Shown here: positions 37,954 through 48,234 of the stretch, one piece after another
Layout of the letters: each line of letters starts with the position of its first letter
Position numbering within the stretch: position 1 is the stretch's first letter
Sequence record: DRR378314_1602
Strand: one strand, 5' to 3'
DNA: 54,252 bases
Notes under the pieces: model-generated
Told to the model about the DNA's origin: nothing
The model's database searches: none
The model's input: only the letters and a program-made list of their open reading frames with translations
Made by a program: the position numbers and the translations under genes

Positions 37954-38667
37954 CTACATACGCCCGGTGAGAATCTTGGCCAGATCGGGTTCAACATTTT
38001 GCGATTGCTTCAGATCCAGGCTGTTTTTTACATGAAGCAGGTGGTGTTGAATGTTGTCTTCCGCAGATTGCGGGTCACCGCTTACGATTGCATCAATGAT
38101 CGATGCGTGTTCGTCATCGGGGCAGGATGAATCCTTGTTGGTTCCAAACAATGCAACGATCAAAGACGACCGGGTCACCAGTTCCCGAACGACGCGCGTG
38201 AGGACCGAGTTGTTGTGGCATTTGGCCAATTCGACATGAAATTCGCCAGAGAGCCTGATAATTTCAGTTTGGTCATTCTTTGCCCGCGCATCATCTTCTT
38301 CTTTTATGTGTGATCGCAGCGCATTGACGCCTGCGGTGCTGATCTCTCGGGTTAATTCGCGCACGATGCCGGTTTCGATCATGAGGCGCGCTTCAAAAAC
38401 CTCGCGGGCTTCGTCGGGGCTGGGGCAGGCGATAAAGGCACCGCGGTTAGAGCGCAGTTCAACGATGCCCTGACTGCTCAACAACAATAGGGCACGGCGA
38501 ACGCGCATACGACCGACGCCAAAGGTCTCACATAAGGTTTGTTCGCTTAACTTAGTTCTGGGCGCGAGCTTCTGCTCCATGACAGCAGAATAGATCCGAT
38601 CCACAATAATTTGCTCGTCGGGATCAGCGCGTAAAGTGTCTAGTTTCTGGTCAGTTGCGTTCGTCAT
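37954..38667 (-). CDS. GntR family (FCD) transcriptional regulator
   Basis: LAPRTKLSEQTLCETFGVGRMRVR, GAFIA, FEARLMIE, SGEFH, DEH. Confidence 0.9.
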   Translation of the reverse strand: MTNATDQKLDTLRADPDEQIIVDRIYSAVMEQKLAPRTKLSEQTLCETFGVGRMRVRRALLLLSSQGIVELRSNRGAFIACPSPDEAREVFEARLMIETGIVRELTREISTAGVNALRSHIKEEDDARAKNDQTEIIRLSGEFHVELAKCHNNSVLTRVVRELVTRSSLIVALFGTNKDSSCPDDEHASIIDAIVSGDPQSAEDNIQHHLLHVKNSLDLKQSQNVEPDLAKILTGRM

Positions 38668-38777
38668 CTCGTTCGGCGTTGGTGGAAAAGGGTTGAAGAT
38701 TGTTAATAGCTGCAAGGCCGTCTTCTGACAATATATTGGTTGTCAGTTAACAATATCAACAACGGTTTTGACAAAAA

Positions 38778-38801
38778 ATGTTGACATAGATTGTTAACAA
38801 T
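38778..38801. promoter_or_regulatory. Tandem TGT-N2-ACA palindromes (candidate GntR operators) overlapping a TTGACA -35
   Basis: ATGTTGACAT (38778-38787) and ATTGTTAACAAT (38790-38801), with further half-sites at 38698-38775. Confidence 0.6.
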
Positions 38802-38896
38802 GCAGAAATTGGTGGCATCACCGGGATTCGACCTGTGACCTTTTAGTTGTTCAAAACGCCCGGAAGAGGCGCCGAAACCTCAATAGGGAGGAAATA

Positions 38897-40084
38897 ATGA
38901 AACGCAGAAATCTGATGAAATCATCGGCTGCCTTGGCCTTGGCCGTGTCCGTACTCGGATCGGCGGCCTGGGCGGAGAACCCGGTGCTCAAGATCGGTTT
39001 TGTCGGGGTAACCTCGGGGCCGGCGGCGGCCTGGGGTATCTCGAACCAGCGATCGATGGAGGCGCGGGCTGACTGGATCAACGAATCCGGCGGTTACAAG
39101 ATCGGTGACACCACCTACGACATCGAAATCGTCTCGTTCGATGATCAGAAGGACCCCAAGCGCGCGATCGCCGGTATGGAGAAGATGGCGCAGGAAGGCA
39201 TCCACTATGTGGTCGGCCCTAACGTGGATGATGGAGCAGCCGCTGTTCGCCCCGTCGCCGAGGCGCAGGGGATCATGTATTTCCCTTATGCATTCCCGAA
39301 AGAGCTTTACTCGGCACCTGCATCGAATGCGGTTCTGGGCATGGTCGCAAACTATCAGTCAGGTCCTGCGATTTATAAGTACCTGAGGGACGAAAAAGGC
39401 GTAAAGACCGTGGCCTTTGTTGCCGCCAACGAGTCGGACCCGCTGAGCCAGCGGGACGGCGGGATCGCCGCAGCAAATGCGCTGGGCCTTGAAGTTGTTT
39501 CAGACAACGTGACCTATCAGGTGGACACGACCGACTTTACTCCGGTTCTGACGCCGGTCATGCGAACGCAACCTGATCTGCTGGTTCTGTCGGGTGTCTC
39601 TCCCGCCAATGCTCCACAGCTGATCCGCTCGGCCCGTGAACTTGGCTTCCAGGGTGTCATTTCAACCGAAACGGCGCAGGATGCGACGGTTTTGCGCGAA
39701 GGTGCGGGTGATTTGGCCAACGGATTTATTTCCGTGGGCGGTGCCTCGACCCCTGAAATCGCATCAGATGACATGAAGGAGTTCGTCAAGCGTTATACCG
39801 ATATGTTCGGTGAATATAACGACGAGTCGAACACCAAAGTCTATGCGCTGGAATATATCCTGGCGACCCTGAACGCCAATCCGGCGGGTATCGAGGATGT
39901 GAACGCATTCCAGACGACAATGGATACGTTCGAAGCACCGAACCCCTTCATGAAGGGTGACGCAAAAATGCGCTATGTCGGCACGACTTCTTTCGGGCAA
40001 AAACGCCAGATCGCCGTGCCTCTGGTGGTGAACGTCTACCAAGACGGCGTGTTTGAAACACTCTTTGTTGCCGAAGTTGACTGA
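38897..40084 (+). CDS. ABC substrate-binding protein (branched-chain PBP1 family; probably purine-derivative/hydantoin substrate)
   Basis: Signal KRRNLMK..AWA, LKIGFVGVTSGPAAAWG, TTDFTPVL; RBS GGGAGG. Confidence 0.9.
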   Translation: MKRRNLMKSSAALALAVSVLGSAAWAENPVLKIGFVGVTSGPAAAWGISNQRSMEARADWINESGGYKIGDTTYDIEIVSFDDQKDPKRAIAGMEKMAQEGIHYVVGPNVDDGAAAVRPVAEAQGIMYFPYAFPKELYSAPASNAVLGMVANYQSGPAIYKYLRDEKGVKTVAFVAANESDPLSQRDGGIAAANALGLEVVSDNVTYQVDTTDFTPVLTPVMRTQPDLLVLSGVSPANAPQLIRSARELGFQGVISTETAQDATVLREGAGDLANGFISVGGASTPEIASDDMKEFVKRYTDMFGEYNDESNTKVYALEYILATLNANPAGIEDVNAFQTTMDTFEAPNPFMKGDAKMRYVGTTSFGQKRQIAVPLVVNVYQDGVFETLFVAEVD

Positions 40085-40153
40085 GGCCAATCTCCCCAAC
40101 TAGGCGAAAGCCTAATGGGCCTCTAACCCTCCTGGGCTGATGATCAGCCCGGG
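40083..40153 (+). other. Intercistronic hairpins after the binding-protein gene
   Basis: GAGGCC...TAGGC-GAAA-GCCTA...GGCCTC and CCTGGGCTGA-TGA-TCAGCCCGGG. Confidence 0.5.
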
Positions 40154-40179
40154 ATACCCGAACCTTATGCGGGACACTC

Positions 40180-41049
40180 ATGGAACAGATACTAGCAAAT
40201 GGCATCTATCTGGGCGCGCAATATGCGATGATCGCCCTAGGATTGACGCTGATCTTTGCCCTGATGAACGTACTGAATTTTGCTCACGGACAAATGTACG
40301 TACTCGGTGGCTTCGTCACTTATACCTTTTACGGACAACTCGGTTGGCCATTCGTTATCGCGCTGTTGGCGTCCTGCATCACTCTGGCCGTGCTTGGGGC
40401 GCTCATTGAGCGATTTTTGTTCGCGCCGGTCATACGACGATCATCCCGCGAGGAGAGTACAATGCTACTGGCGGCGGGTCTGGCGTTTCTGTTCGATGCG
40501 ATCATCCTGCTGGTCTTTGGTGAAAAGCAGCGCGGTGTTCCCAAGATCGTCGATGGCGTCTTTAATTGGGATTTCAAGTTGATCATGCCCTATGATCGCA
40601 TCCTGATTTGCGTATTGGCCATTCTGTCCATCGTCACTTTCATCCTGTTCATGCAATACTCAAAAACCGGCCGTGCCCTGCGCGCGTTGGCGCAGGACAG
40701 AACGGCAGCGCAACTGATGGGCGTGAATGTCAGCCGTTATTCGATGATCGGATTTGCCCTCGGCGCGATGTTGGCCGGGCTGGTTGGCGGATTGCTGGTG
40801 ACGATCACGGGCGTCAACCTGGGTATGGGTGGACCGACCTCGATCAAGGCCTTCATGATGGTGATGATCGGCGGCGCGGGGGTGATCTCCGGCGCGATTG
40901 CGGGCGGGATCATCCTTGGCTTTATGGAAGCCATCGGTCTCGCTGTGCTCTCGCAATATGGCGATATCACTTATCTGCTGATCTTCGTCTCACTGATGAT
41001 TTTCCTGGCCATCCGCCCGCAGGGCCTGATGGGCAAACCGTGGGGATAA
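40180..41049 (+). CDS. ABC permease (LivH-like)
   Basis: ALGLTLIFALMNVLNFAHG, TGRALRA, RPQGLMG. Confidence 0.9.
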   Translation: MEQILANGIYLGAQYAMIALGLTLIFALMNVLNFAHGQMYVLGGFVTYTFYGQLGWPFVIALLASCITLAVLGALIERFLFAPVIRRSSREESTMLLAAGLAFLFDAIILLVFGEKQRGVPKIVDGVFNWDFKLIMPYDRILICVLAILSIVTFILFMQYSKTGRALRALAQDRTAAQLMGVNVSRYSMIGFALGAMLAGLVGGLLVTITGVNLGMGGPTSIKAFMMVMIGGAGVISGAIAGGIILGFMEAIGLAVLSQYGDITYLLIFVSLMIFLAIRPQGLMGKPWG

Positions 41050-41053
41050 CGCA

Positions 41054-42040
41054 GTGCCGAAACTATCAATGATCCAATGGGCCGGTGTGGCAGTCTTTCT
41101 GCTGGCCATCTTCATCGCAATCCCCGGCTTTGTCGCCGCTTCCGGACGGTCTGATCTGTACTATACGCTGACGTCGGTGGCGCTATTGTCCATTGCCAGT
41201 GCGGGTGTCTGGCTGACCTTCTATATCGGTCGCATCAACATAGGGCAGGGCGCTTTTGCCCTGATTGGTGCCTACGTCTCGGCCATTCTGGTAACCAAGG
41301 CGGGCATCTCGTTCTGGCTGTCCTTGCCGCTGGCGGGCCTGTTTGCGGCAGGCGTGGCGGTGCTGATCGGGTTGCCGATCCTGCGGCTGCGAGGCGTCTA
41401 TTTTGCCATGATCTCGCTTGTATTGACGCAGGTGGTCACGTTGACGGCGCTGGCCCTACCCATCACCAATGGGGCCAAGGGCATCACCTCGATCCCCTTG
41501 CCGGGGGGTGTGTCAATCTTTGGACTAACCCTGATCCCGGATTTCGCAACTTTGGAAAACCCGAGACTGGCTTTTTACTACGCGGCCAGTGTCCTGATGG
41601 TGCTGACCTTTGCGGCCATGTACCGCCTGGTGAACTCACGTCTTGGCCATCTGTGCCGCTCGATGCAGCAGAACGAAGAACTGGCCAGTTCGATCGGAGT
41701 AAACATCTCGTATATCCGGGTCATCGTGTTCTCCATCTCGTCGTTCCTTGGCGGCATTGGCGGGGCCATGTTTGGCTCAATCGCGCAGTCGGTCTATCCT
41801 TCCAGCTTTCAGGTCGCTGACAGCGTGAACTTTATGCTGAACTGCTTCCTGGGTGGTCTGGGATACGTCTTTGGACCAATGCTGGGGACGCTGGTGTTGT
41901 ACTTCGGATGGGATCTGCTGTTCGAACTTGGACGTTTCCAGTTGCTGGCCTATTCCAGCCTGCTGATCATTCTGATGCTGTTCCTGCCAAACGGGCTGCT
42001 GAGCCTGCGACTGCCGGGCAAGAAAGGAGCGGACAAATGA
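41054..42040 (+). CDS. ABC permease (LivM-like)
   Basis: GRINIGQGAF, LRLRGVYFAM, GGLGYVFGP. Confidence 0.9.
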   Translation: MPKLSMIQWAGVAVFLLAIFIAIPGFVAASGRSDLYYTLTSVALLSIASAGVWLTFYIGRINIGQGAFALIGAYVSAILVTKAGISFWLSLPLAGLFAAGVAVLIGLPILRLRGVYFAMISLVLTQVVTLTALALPITNGAKGITSIPLPGGVSIFGLTLIPDFATLENPRLAFYYAASVLMVLTFAAMYRLVNSRLGHLCRSMQQNEELASSIGVNISYIRVIVFSISSFLGGIGGAMFGSIAQSVYPSSFQVADSVNFMLNCFLGGLGYVFGPMLGTLVLYFGWDLLFELGRFQLLAYSSLLIILMLFLPNGLLSLRLPGKKGADK

Positions 42041-42819
42041 GCCATCTTCTGGAAGTCCGCCATGTCACCAAGAAATTCGGTGGCCTGACCGCGAACAGCA
42101 ATATCTCGTTCAACGTCAATGAAAACGAGATCCTGTCGGTGATCGGACCGAATGGCGCAGGTAAAAGCACGCTGTTCAAGATGATCTCATCGTTTCTGCC
42201 GACAACAACAGGCGAGGTATTGTACAAAGGTGAGAGGATTTCGAACCTGAAGCCGCATGTGGTAGCCCGCAAGGGAGTGGTCCGAACCTTTCAGGAAACC
42301 ACAATCTTCAAGTCGATGACCGTGCGTGAAAGCATCATCGTTGCCCAGCACCTGCGCGCCCGCGCCTCATTGGCAGGGTATTTTTGGGGCACCAAGACAG
42401 CGCATGAGGATGTCGCCAGTTTCGGCCAATACGCGGATGACTTGATCGAGTTCCTCGGCATGACCGAGATCGCCAATGAACAGGCCTCGAACCTGCCACA
42501 GGGCAACTTGCGGGCGCTGGGGATTGCGATTGGACTTGCTACCGATCCCAAGGTGCTGCTGCTGGACGAACCTTTTGCCGGGATGAACCACGATGAGACC
42601 ATGAAAATGGTCAATCTCGTGCGCAAGGTTCGCGATGATCGGGGTGTCACCGTGCTGTTGGTGGAACATGACATGCCTGCGGTGATGAATATTTCCGACC
42701 GGATTGTCGTCTTGAACTTTGGCGAAATGATCGCCGAGGGCACACCGGCGGAAATCCAGAACAACGAAAAGGTCATCGAAGCCTATCTGGGCAGTGCCGA
42801 TGACGAAATCGGGATTTGA
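42037..42819 (+). CDS. ABC ATP-binding protein (LivG-like)
   Basis: GPNGAGKST, LLLDEP, VEHDM, VIEAYLG; the ATG overlaps the upstream stop. Confidence 0.9.
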   Translation: MSHLLEVRHVTKKFGGLTANSNISFNVNENEILSVIGPNGAGKSTLFKMISSFLPTTTGEVLYKGERISNLKPHVVARKGVVRTFQETTIFKSMTVRESIIVAQHLRARASLAGYFWGTKTAHEDVASFGQYADDLIEFLGMTEIANEQASNLPQGNLRALGIAIGLATDPKVLLLDEPFAGMNHDETMKMVNLVRKVRDDRGVTVLLVEHDMPAVMNISDRIVVLNFGEMIAEGTPAEIQNNEKVIEAYLGSADDEIGI

Positions 42820-42822
42820 ACC

Positions 42823-43545
42823 ATGAGCAAGATGTTGGACTTTAAGGATGTCGAGCTCTACTACGATCACGTCTACGCGCTGAAGGGTGTGTCGATTGAT
42901 CTGGAGCAGGGCGAAACCGTTGCCCTGATTGGTGCCAACGGTGCGGGCAAAAGCTCGATCCTGCGGGCGATTACCGGGTTGGCAAAAATCAAGTCAGGTT
43001 CGGTGGCGTTTGAAGGCGAACAGATCGCCGGAACAAACCCGGCCGAGATCGTCTCGAAAGGTATCGCGATGGTGCCCGAGGGGCGGCGCGTCTTTCCTTA
43101 TATGTCTGTGAAGGACAACCTGCTGATGGGGGCGTTTACCCGCTCGGATAAGGCAGATGTTCAACGCACGCTGGATTCGGTTCTGGAACGGTTCCCACGC
43201 TTAAAAGAGCGCTACAGCCAATCGGCCGGTACCCTGTCGGGCGGAGAACAACAGATGATGGTGATAGGGCGCGCCCTGATGGCCAAGCCGCGATTGTTGT
43301 TGCTGGATGAGCCGTCGCTGGGGATTGCGCCCAAACTGGTGCAGGATATTGCCCGGTCGATTGTGGCGATCAACCGTGATGAGGGCGTTTCAGTGCTGTT
43401 GGTCGAACAGAACTCGCGCATGGCGCTATCGATCTCGCACCGTGCCTATGCGTTGACCACAGGAAATGTGGTGATCTCGGGCAATTCAAAAGAACTTTTG
43501 ACAGATCCCCGAATTAAAGCCGCCTATCTGGGCGGGGAAGTGTGA
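42823..43545 (+). CDS. ABC ATP-binding protein (LivF-like)
   Basis: GANGAGKS, LSGGEQQ, LLLDEPSLG, VEQN. Confidence 0.9.
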   Translation: MSKMLDFKDVELYYDHVYALKGVSIDLEQGETVALIGANGAGKSSILRAITGLAKIKSGSVAFEGEQIAGTNPAEIVSKGIAMVPEGRRVFPYMSVKDNLLMGAFTRSDKADVQRTLDSVLERFPRLKERYSQSAGTLSGGEQQMMVIGRALMAKPRLLLLDEPSLGIAPKLVQDIARSIVAINRDEGVSVLLVEQNSRMALSISHRAYALTTGNVVISGNSKELLTDPRIKAAYLGGEV

Positions 43546-43552
43546 GGATGTT

Positions 43553-44230
43553 GTGAAGCTGCTTGTCGTCAACCCAAACACCACCAGTTCCATGACCCGC
43601 AAGATCGAGGACGCGGCACGCGCCGCTGCGCATCCTGAAACCAAGATCATAGCTGAGAATTCACAAAACGGTCCCGCCAGCATACAGGGCTATCTGGATG
43701 TTTCTACCTGCATTCCCGGGCTGTTAGACGTTGTGAATGCACATCCGGACGCGGATGCCATTGTTGTTGCATGTTTCGATGACACTGGTGTCGATGCCGT
43801 GCGCTGCGTCACCTCGGCGCCGGTCATTGGTGTTGGGGAAGCGGCCTATCATGCGGCATCCATGATCAGCCCAAAGTTCAGCGTCATAACCACCTTGTCC
43901 CGGTCACTGGCAGGGCTTGAGGCAAACCTGTTGCGATACGGTTTGGATCGCAGATGTGTGCGGGTTCGTGCGTCAGACGTGCCGGTTCTGAAGCTCGAGG
44001 AAAACGATCCTGCGACGATCGACAAGATACGGTCCGAAATTCGGGCTGCCATTGACGAGGACAGAGCCGAAGCCATCGTTCTGGGCTGCGCAGGGATGAC
44101 AGATCTGATGTCGCTCTTGTCGCAGGAATTCAATTTACCAGTCGTAGATGGCGTAGCTTGTGCTGTGACCTTCGCCGAAGCCCTGGTCAAAGCCAAGTTG
44201 ACGACGTCCAAGCTGTGCTCCTACGCGTGA
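43553..44230 (+). CDS. Asp/Glu/hydantoin racemase family (allantoin/hydantoin racemase-like)
   Basis: VVNPNTTSSMT, GPASIQG, catalytic Cys in ACFDD and LGCAGM. Confidence 0.9.
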   Translation: MKLLVVNPNTTSSMTRKIEDAARAAAHPETKIIAENSQNGPASIQGYLDVSTCIPGLLDVVNAHPDADAIVVACFDDTGVDAVRCVTSAPVIGVGEAAYHAASMISPKFSVITTLSRSLAGLEANLLRYGLDRRCVRVRASDVPVLKLEENDPATIDKIRSEIRAAIDEDRAEAIVLGCAGMTDLMSLLSQEFNLPVVDGVACAVTFAEALVKAKLTTSKLCSYA

Positions 44231-44275
44231 TTATTAAATGATCGTAGTTATTTAGTATGTCTTCGTGTTGCGCTT

Positions 44276-45217
44276 TCAGGCACCTTGGAACTGTTCGTTC
44301 ACCGTCTGAAGGGCCGCTTGCAATTGCAGAATGAACTCGCTTGCCAATGCGGATGGTGGGCGGTGTGCCGGGCGCATGATCGAGACGTTCAAAGCGACAT
44401 GGGGTCGAAATGCCCGAAAGACGACCGGTCTGGGTTCTGGCCGCATATTGACATATCCTGCCGCTGTGATCGGGTCGCAAATACAATAACAAAGGCCTTT
44501 CCCCACCAGTGTCAAAGCCGGGTTGAATGTCCTGAGCTCGAACCGTTGTTCGAAACTGGCCTTTTGACTGGCGAAGGCTCGTTGGGTAGCCACCAAATTC
44601 GGATGTCCGTCCTGCAGTCCAGCCATCGGGCGGCCTGTCAGATGCCGGGCGTCGACGGTATCCAACTGGGCCAGCGGATCGCCCGCCGGGATCGCACACA
44701 CGCATCTCATGTCAAAGTCGATGGTTTCAATCGCCGCGGTGGGCTTTGGTGTTTCACCCAACCCGATGTCATATTGCTGAGAGGCGACCCATTCCTCGAT
44801 CACCGGTGATGCGCGCATCATCAGCGATGCTTTCACATCGGGCTTGTCCAACAGAAATTCGCCCAGGATCTGTGGCATCAACAGACTGGCGGCAGCGGGC
44901 ATGCAGGCGATGTTCAGGCGACCTTTGGTCAATGCACCGATCTCGCGCATGGTTCGGGTCGAAAGCGACAAGCGATCCAGTATCGCTTCAGCCTCGGTGA
45001 TGAAGTACTGAGCCTCGGGGGTGGGGGCCATTTTACCACGTTGCCGACGGAACAGGGCGATCCCTAATTCTGCTTCGAGGTTTGCAACCAATGCGCTGAT
45101 TGCCGGCTGCGTTCGACCGAGGATTCGCGCGGCATCAGACACCGAACCGGTCCGCATGACCTCACGAAAGGCCTGTAATTGGCGAAAACTGAGATTCATT
45201 TGCCTTTGATATTTCAT
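44276..45217 (-). CDS. LysR family transcriptional regulator
   Basis: FRQLQAF..GSVSDAARILGRTQPAIS..LEAELG..LFRR. Start 45217 or 45199. Confidence 0.9.
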   Translation of the reverse strand: MKYQRQMNLSFRQLQAFREVMRTGSVSDAARILGRTQPAISALVANLEAELGIALFRRQRGKMAPTPEAQYFITEAEAILDRLSLSTRTMREIGALTKGRLNIACMPAAASLLMPQILGEFLLDKPDVKASLMMRASPVIEEWVASQQYDIGLGETPKPTAAIETIDFDMRCVCAIPAGDPLAQLDTVDARHLTGRPMAGLQDGHPNLVATQRAFASQKASFEQRFELRTFNPALTLVGKGLCYCICDPITAAGYVNMRPEPRPVVFRAFRPHVALNVSIMRPAHRPPSALASEFILQLQAALQTVNEQFQGA

Positions 45218-45233
45218 GATTTTTTTAAATCAT
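45216..45233. promoter_or_regulatory. Palindrome ATGATTT-N4-AAATCAT at the LysR/TRAP divergent promoter (candidate LysR site)
   Basis: AT-rich inverted repeat overlapping the lysR start, the usual position for LysR autoregulatory sites. Confidence 0.45.
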
Positions 45234-45344
45234 ATAAAGTAACTTTATTCACCAATCAATTTAATCGCTTTGACTTAATGCAATGCTCTCGCAATTTTTC
45301 CTGTCACGGATGCGCCACCTGCATTCGTTTTGACGGAGGGGGAA

Positions 45345-45836
45345 ATGACACGCTTTGCAAGTGTCTTGCTGACGGTACTGATCTGTCTGGTTGCCATTGG
45401 GCAATTCGTGCAGGTGATCACTCGATATGTGCTGGAAATCCCTGTTATGGGGCTGGAAGAAAGCCTGCTGTATCCCACGCTGTGGCTTTACATGATGGGT
45501 GCTGTCAACGCCTCGCGTGAGAATACCCATATCCGCGCCAACGTGCTTGAGATCTTTCTGAGCACCGAACGTCAGCGTCAGGTGCTTGCCGTGATCGGAG
45601 AGGTCATCAGCCTGATCGTAGGCATCTGGCTGACCACCTGGGCCTGGGATTTCACGAAATACTCGATACGGGTCTGGCGCGAGAGCCCGACACTATATCT
45701 GCCAACCTTCTATGTCGATATCGCACTGTTTGCCGGGTTGGTTCTGATGATGATCTTCACCGCATGGCACCTGCTGGTGCATTTACGCGCACTGTTCGCC
45801 CCCTCCACCCCCGCCCCTGAAGGAGACGCACAATGA
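45345..45836 (+). CDS. dctQ: TRAP transporter small permease
   Basis: QVITRYV, GLEE, HIRANVL, SPTLYLP; about 4 TM segments; RBS GGAGG. Confidence 0.85.
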   Translation: MTRFASVLLTVLICLVAIGQFVQVITRYVLEIPVMGLEESLLYPTLWLYMMGAVNASRENTHIRANVLEIFLSTERQRQVLAVIGEVISLIVGIWLTTWAWDFTKYSIRVWRESPTLYLPTFYVDIALFAGLVLMMIFTAWHLLVHLRALFAPSTPAPEGDAQ

Positions 45837-47131
45837 TCGAGATCGCGCTGCTTGCCGTCCTGGTTCTGGTCATTTTGCTGACGTTGGGCGTGCCGCTGCC
45901 CTATTGCTTCGGGGCGGGGCTGATGGTGATGTATTTCGTCGGTGACGTAGTCATGAAAGGTAACATGCTGTGGGGCTTCCAGCAGCTTGGCAACCCGGTA
46001 CTGCTGGCCATTCCACTGTTTGTTCTGGCCGGGACGATCATGTCCGTCTCGGGCATCGCTGCGAGCCTTCTGAACTTTGTCAACATATTCATCGGCCACT
46101 TGCGTGGAGGTCTGGGCGTTGTGGCCACCGTGTCCTGTGCCCTGATCGGGGCCATTTCAGGATCCGGCCTGACTGGTGTTGCTGCGATCGGGCCCCTGTT
46201 GATCCCAGAGATGGAGAAACAGGGCTATCCCCGCGCCTATGCGACGGCGCTGATCGCCAATGCCTCGCTGCTGGGCCTTTTGATCCCGCCTTCGGTGACG
46301 ATGATCGTGTACGGATGGGTGACTGATACATCCATTCTTGCTTGCTTCCTTGCGACACTCGGCCCCGGTCTGCTGATCATGGCCAGTTTTTCGGTCGTCA
46401 ACATCCGCATGGCGCGCAAGTTCCCTTTGAAACTGGATGAGCCGTTGAAAGGGCAGGCCTTCGTGTCCGAAGCAACCTCTCGTGGGCTTAAGGCGACACC
46501 CGCCTTGCTGATGCCCGTAATCATTCTGGGCGGCATCTATGGCGGCATCATGACCCCGACCGAGGCTGCCGCCGTGGCCGTGATCTATGCGATCCCGGTG
46601 GGTTTTCTGATCTACAAAGGTCTTGATATGCGCACGTTCTTCGGCGCGGGCCGAGAGGCCGCGACTTCTGTGGGCGCCATCATGCTGATGATCCTGTTCT
46701 CGATGATCCTTAGCCAGATGTTCGTGCTGGAAAGCGTGCCACAGGCGATTGTCGAAGCGATCTTTTCGGTGACCGAAAACAAGGTCTTGCTGCTGATCCT
46801 GATCAACATCCTGCTGTTTCTCGTCGGTATGGTCGTGAATGACGTCACCGCCATCATCCTGATTGCGCCGCTATTGCTGCCGCTTATGCAGGCCATCGGT
46901 GTCAGCCCGATCCAGTTTGCTGCGATCATGGGTGTGAATACCGCCATGGGCGGTGTGACACCGCCCTATGCCTCGATCCTGTATCTGGGCGCGCGTATCG
47001 GTCAGGTGCCGGTCACCAAGGTGATCCGCCCGGCCATGACCCTGATCCTGCTGGGTTATCTGCCCGTCGTTTTCCTGACCAGTTTCTGGCCGGATCTGTC
47101 GATGTGGTTGCCTCGTTTCTTTGGCTACTAA
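45833..47131 (+). CDS. dctM: TRAP transporter large permease
   Basis: LLAIPLFVLAG, GAISGS, LIPPS, TPTEAAAVA, VTPP. Confidence 0.9.
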   Translation: MIEIALLAVLVLVILLTLGVPLPYCFGAGLMVMYFVGDVVMKGNMLWGFQQLGNPVLLAIPLFVLAGTIMSVSGIAASLLNFVNIFIGHLRGGLGVVATVSCALIGAISGSGLTGVAAIGPLLIPEMEKQGYPRAYATALIANASLLGLLIPPSVTMIVYGWVTDTSILACFLATLGPGLLIMASFSVVNIRMARKFPLKLDEPLKGQAFVSEATSRGLKATPALLMPVIILGGIYGGIMTPTEAAAVAVIYAIPVGFLIYKGLDMRTFFGAGREAATSVGAIMLMILFSMILSQMFVLESVPQAIVEAIFSVTENKVLLLILINILLFLVGMVVNDVTAIILIAPLLLPLMQAIGVSPIQFAAIMGVNTAMGGVTPPYASILYLGARIGQVPVTKVIRPAMTLILLGYLPVVFLTSFWPDLSMWLPRFFGY

Positions 47132-47167
47132 GCCACCCATTTCATCACTCACGGAGGAGACTTATCC

Positions 47168-48160
47168 ATGATGAACTTTCTGAAATCCACCTGTCTGGCT
47201 GCGGCCGTTGTAGCAACGGCGGGCATCGCTGCCGCCGAAACCCTGAAGGTCAGCCACATCCGCCCTCAAGGCGCGACCATCGATAATGAACTGCGTGCCT
47301 TTGCCGATGGGCTGAAGACCGCAACCGACGGTTCGTTGGAGCTGAACCTGTTCCCGGCATCCGCCTTGGGTGACTACACGTCTGTGCAGGAGCGGATTTC
47401 GGTTGGCGCAATCGACATGGCCGTGCAACCTGCGGCAACGGCGGTGGATCGCCGTATGCAAATCTCGGCCTTCCCCTATGTCGCGGCAAACTGGGACGAT
47501 GCAAAAAAGATCTATGGTCCCGGTGGAGCTATTCACACGGCCATGAAGGATCTCTATGCCAAGCAGGATATCACCATGCTGGCAGCATATCCCGTGTATT
47601 TCGGCGGTGTGGCACTGAACACAGACGCCGTGAACCCCGGCGATCCGGCCACTGCTAAAGGCATTAAGGTGCGCGTCCCGGGCATCAAAAGCTTTCAGCT
47701 AACCGCTGACGCGCTGGGCTATATCTCGTCACCCATACCGTTCTCTGAAGCGTTCACAGCCGTACAGACCGGCGTTGTGGATGGTGTCGTGGGTTCGGGC
47801 GCTGAGGGCTACTATGCCTCGTTCCGCGACGTGACCACATCCTACGTGCCTGTGAACACGCATTTTGAGGTTTGGTACATGATCATCAACTCGGGCGCGC
47901 TGGCTGAACTAAGCGATGAAGATCGCGCAGCGCTGGAATCCGCGGCGCTGGCCTTCGAAGCTACGCGCTGGGAAACTGCCGAGGCCGATCAGGGCGCATT
48001 CGAACAGAAGCTCGCTGACAATGGCGCAACCATCGTGTCGCTGACAGACGAAGAGCTTGCCGCCACTGCTGCCCATGTACGTGCGCAGGTTTGGCCGCAG
48101 GTCCTCGAGGATGTGGGCCAGGATTGGGGACAGGCCATTCTCGACCAGATTGGCCAGTAA
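47168..48160 (+). CDS. dctP: TRAP transporter substrate-binding protein
   Basis: Signal peptide, LFPASALG, GIKVRVP, PIPFSEAFTAVQTGVVDG. Confidence 0.9.
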   Translation: MMNFLKSTCLAAAVVATAGIAAAETLKVSHIRPQGATIDNELRAFADGLKTATDGSLELNLFPASALGDYTSVQERISVGAIDMAVQPAATAVDRRMQISAFPYVAANWDDAKKIYGPGGAIHTAMKDLYAKQDITMLAAYPVYFGGVALNTDAVNPGDPATAKGIKVRVPGIKSFQLTADALGYISSPIPFSEAFTAVQTGVVDGVVGSGAEGYYASFRDVTTSYVPVNTHFEVWYMIINSGALAELSDEDRAALESAALAFEATRWETAEADQGAFEQKLADNGATIVSLTDEELAATAAHVRAQVWPQVLEDVGQDWGQAILDQIGQ

Positions 48161-48179
48161 CCAATAGAACCCCACGAAC

Positions 48180-48211
48180 GGGCAAGGCGTGCTCCTCCCT
48201 GCGCCTTGCCC
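48180..48211 (+). terminator. Hairpin after dctP (terminator/attenuator or mRNA stabiliser)
   Basis: GGGCAAGGCG...CGCCTTGCCC followed by ATTTT. Confidence 0.55.
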
Positions 48212-48234
48212 ATTTTCCCGACGGAGATCAGCCT

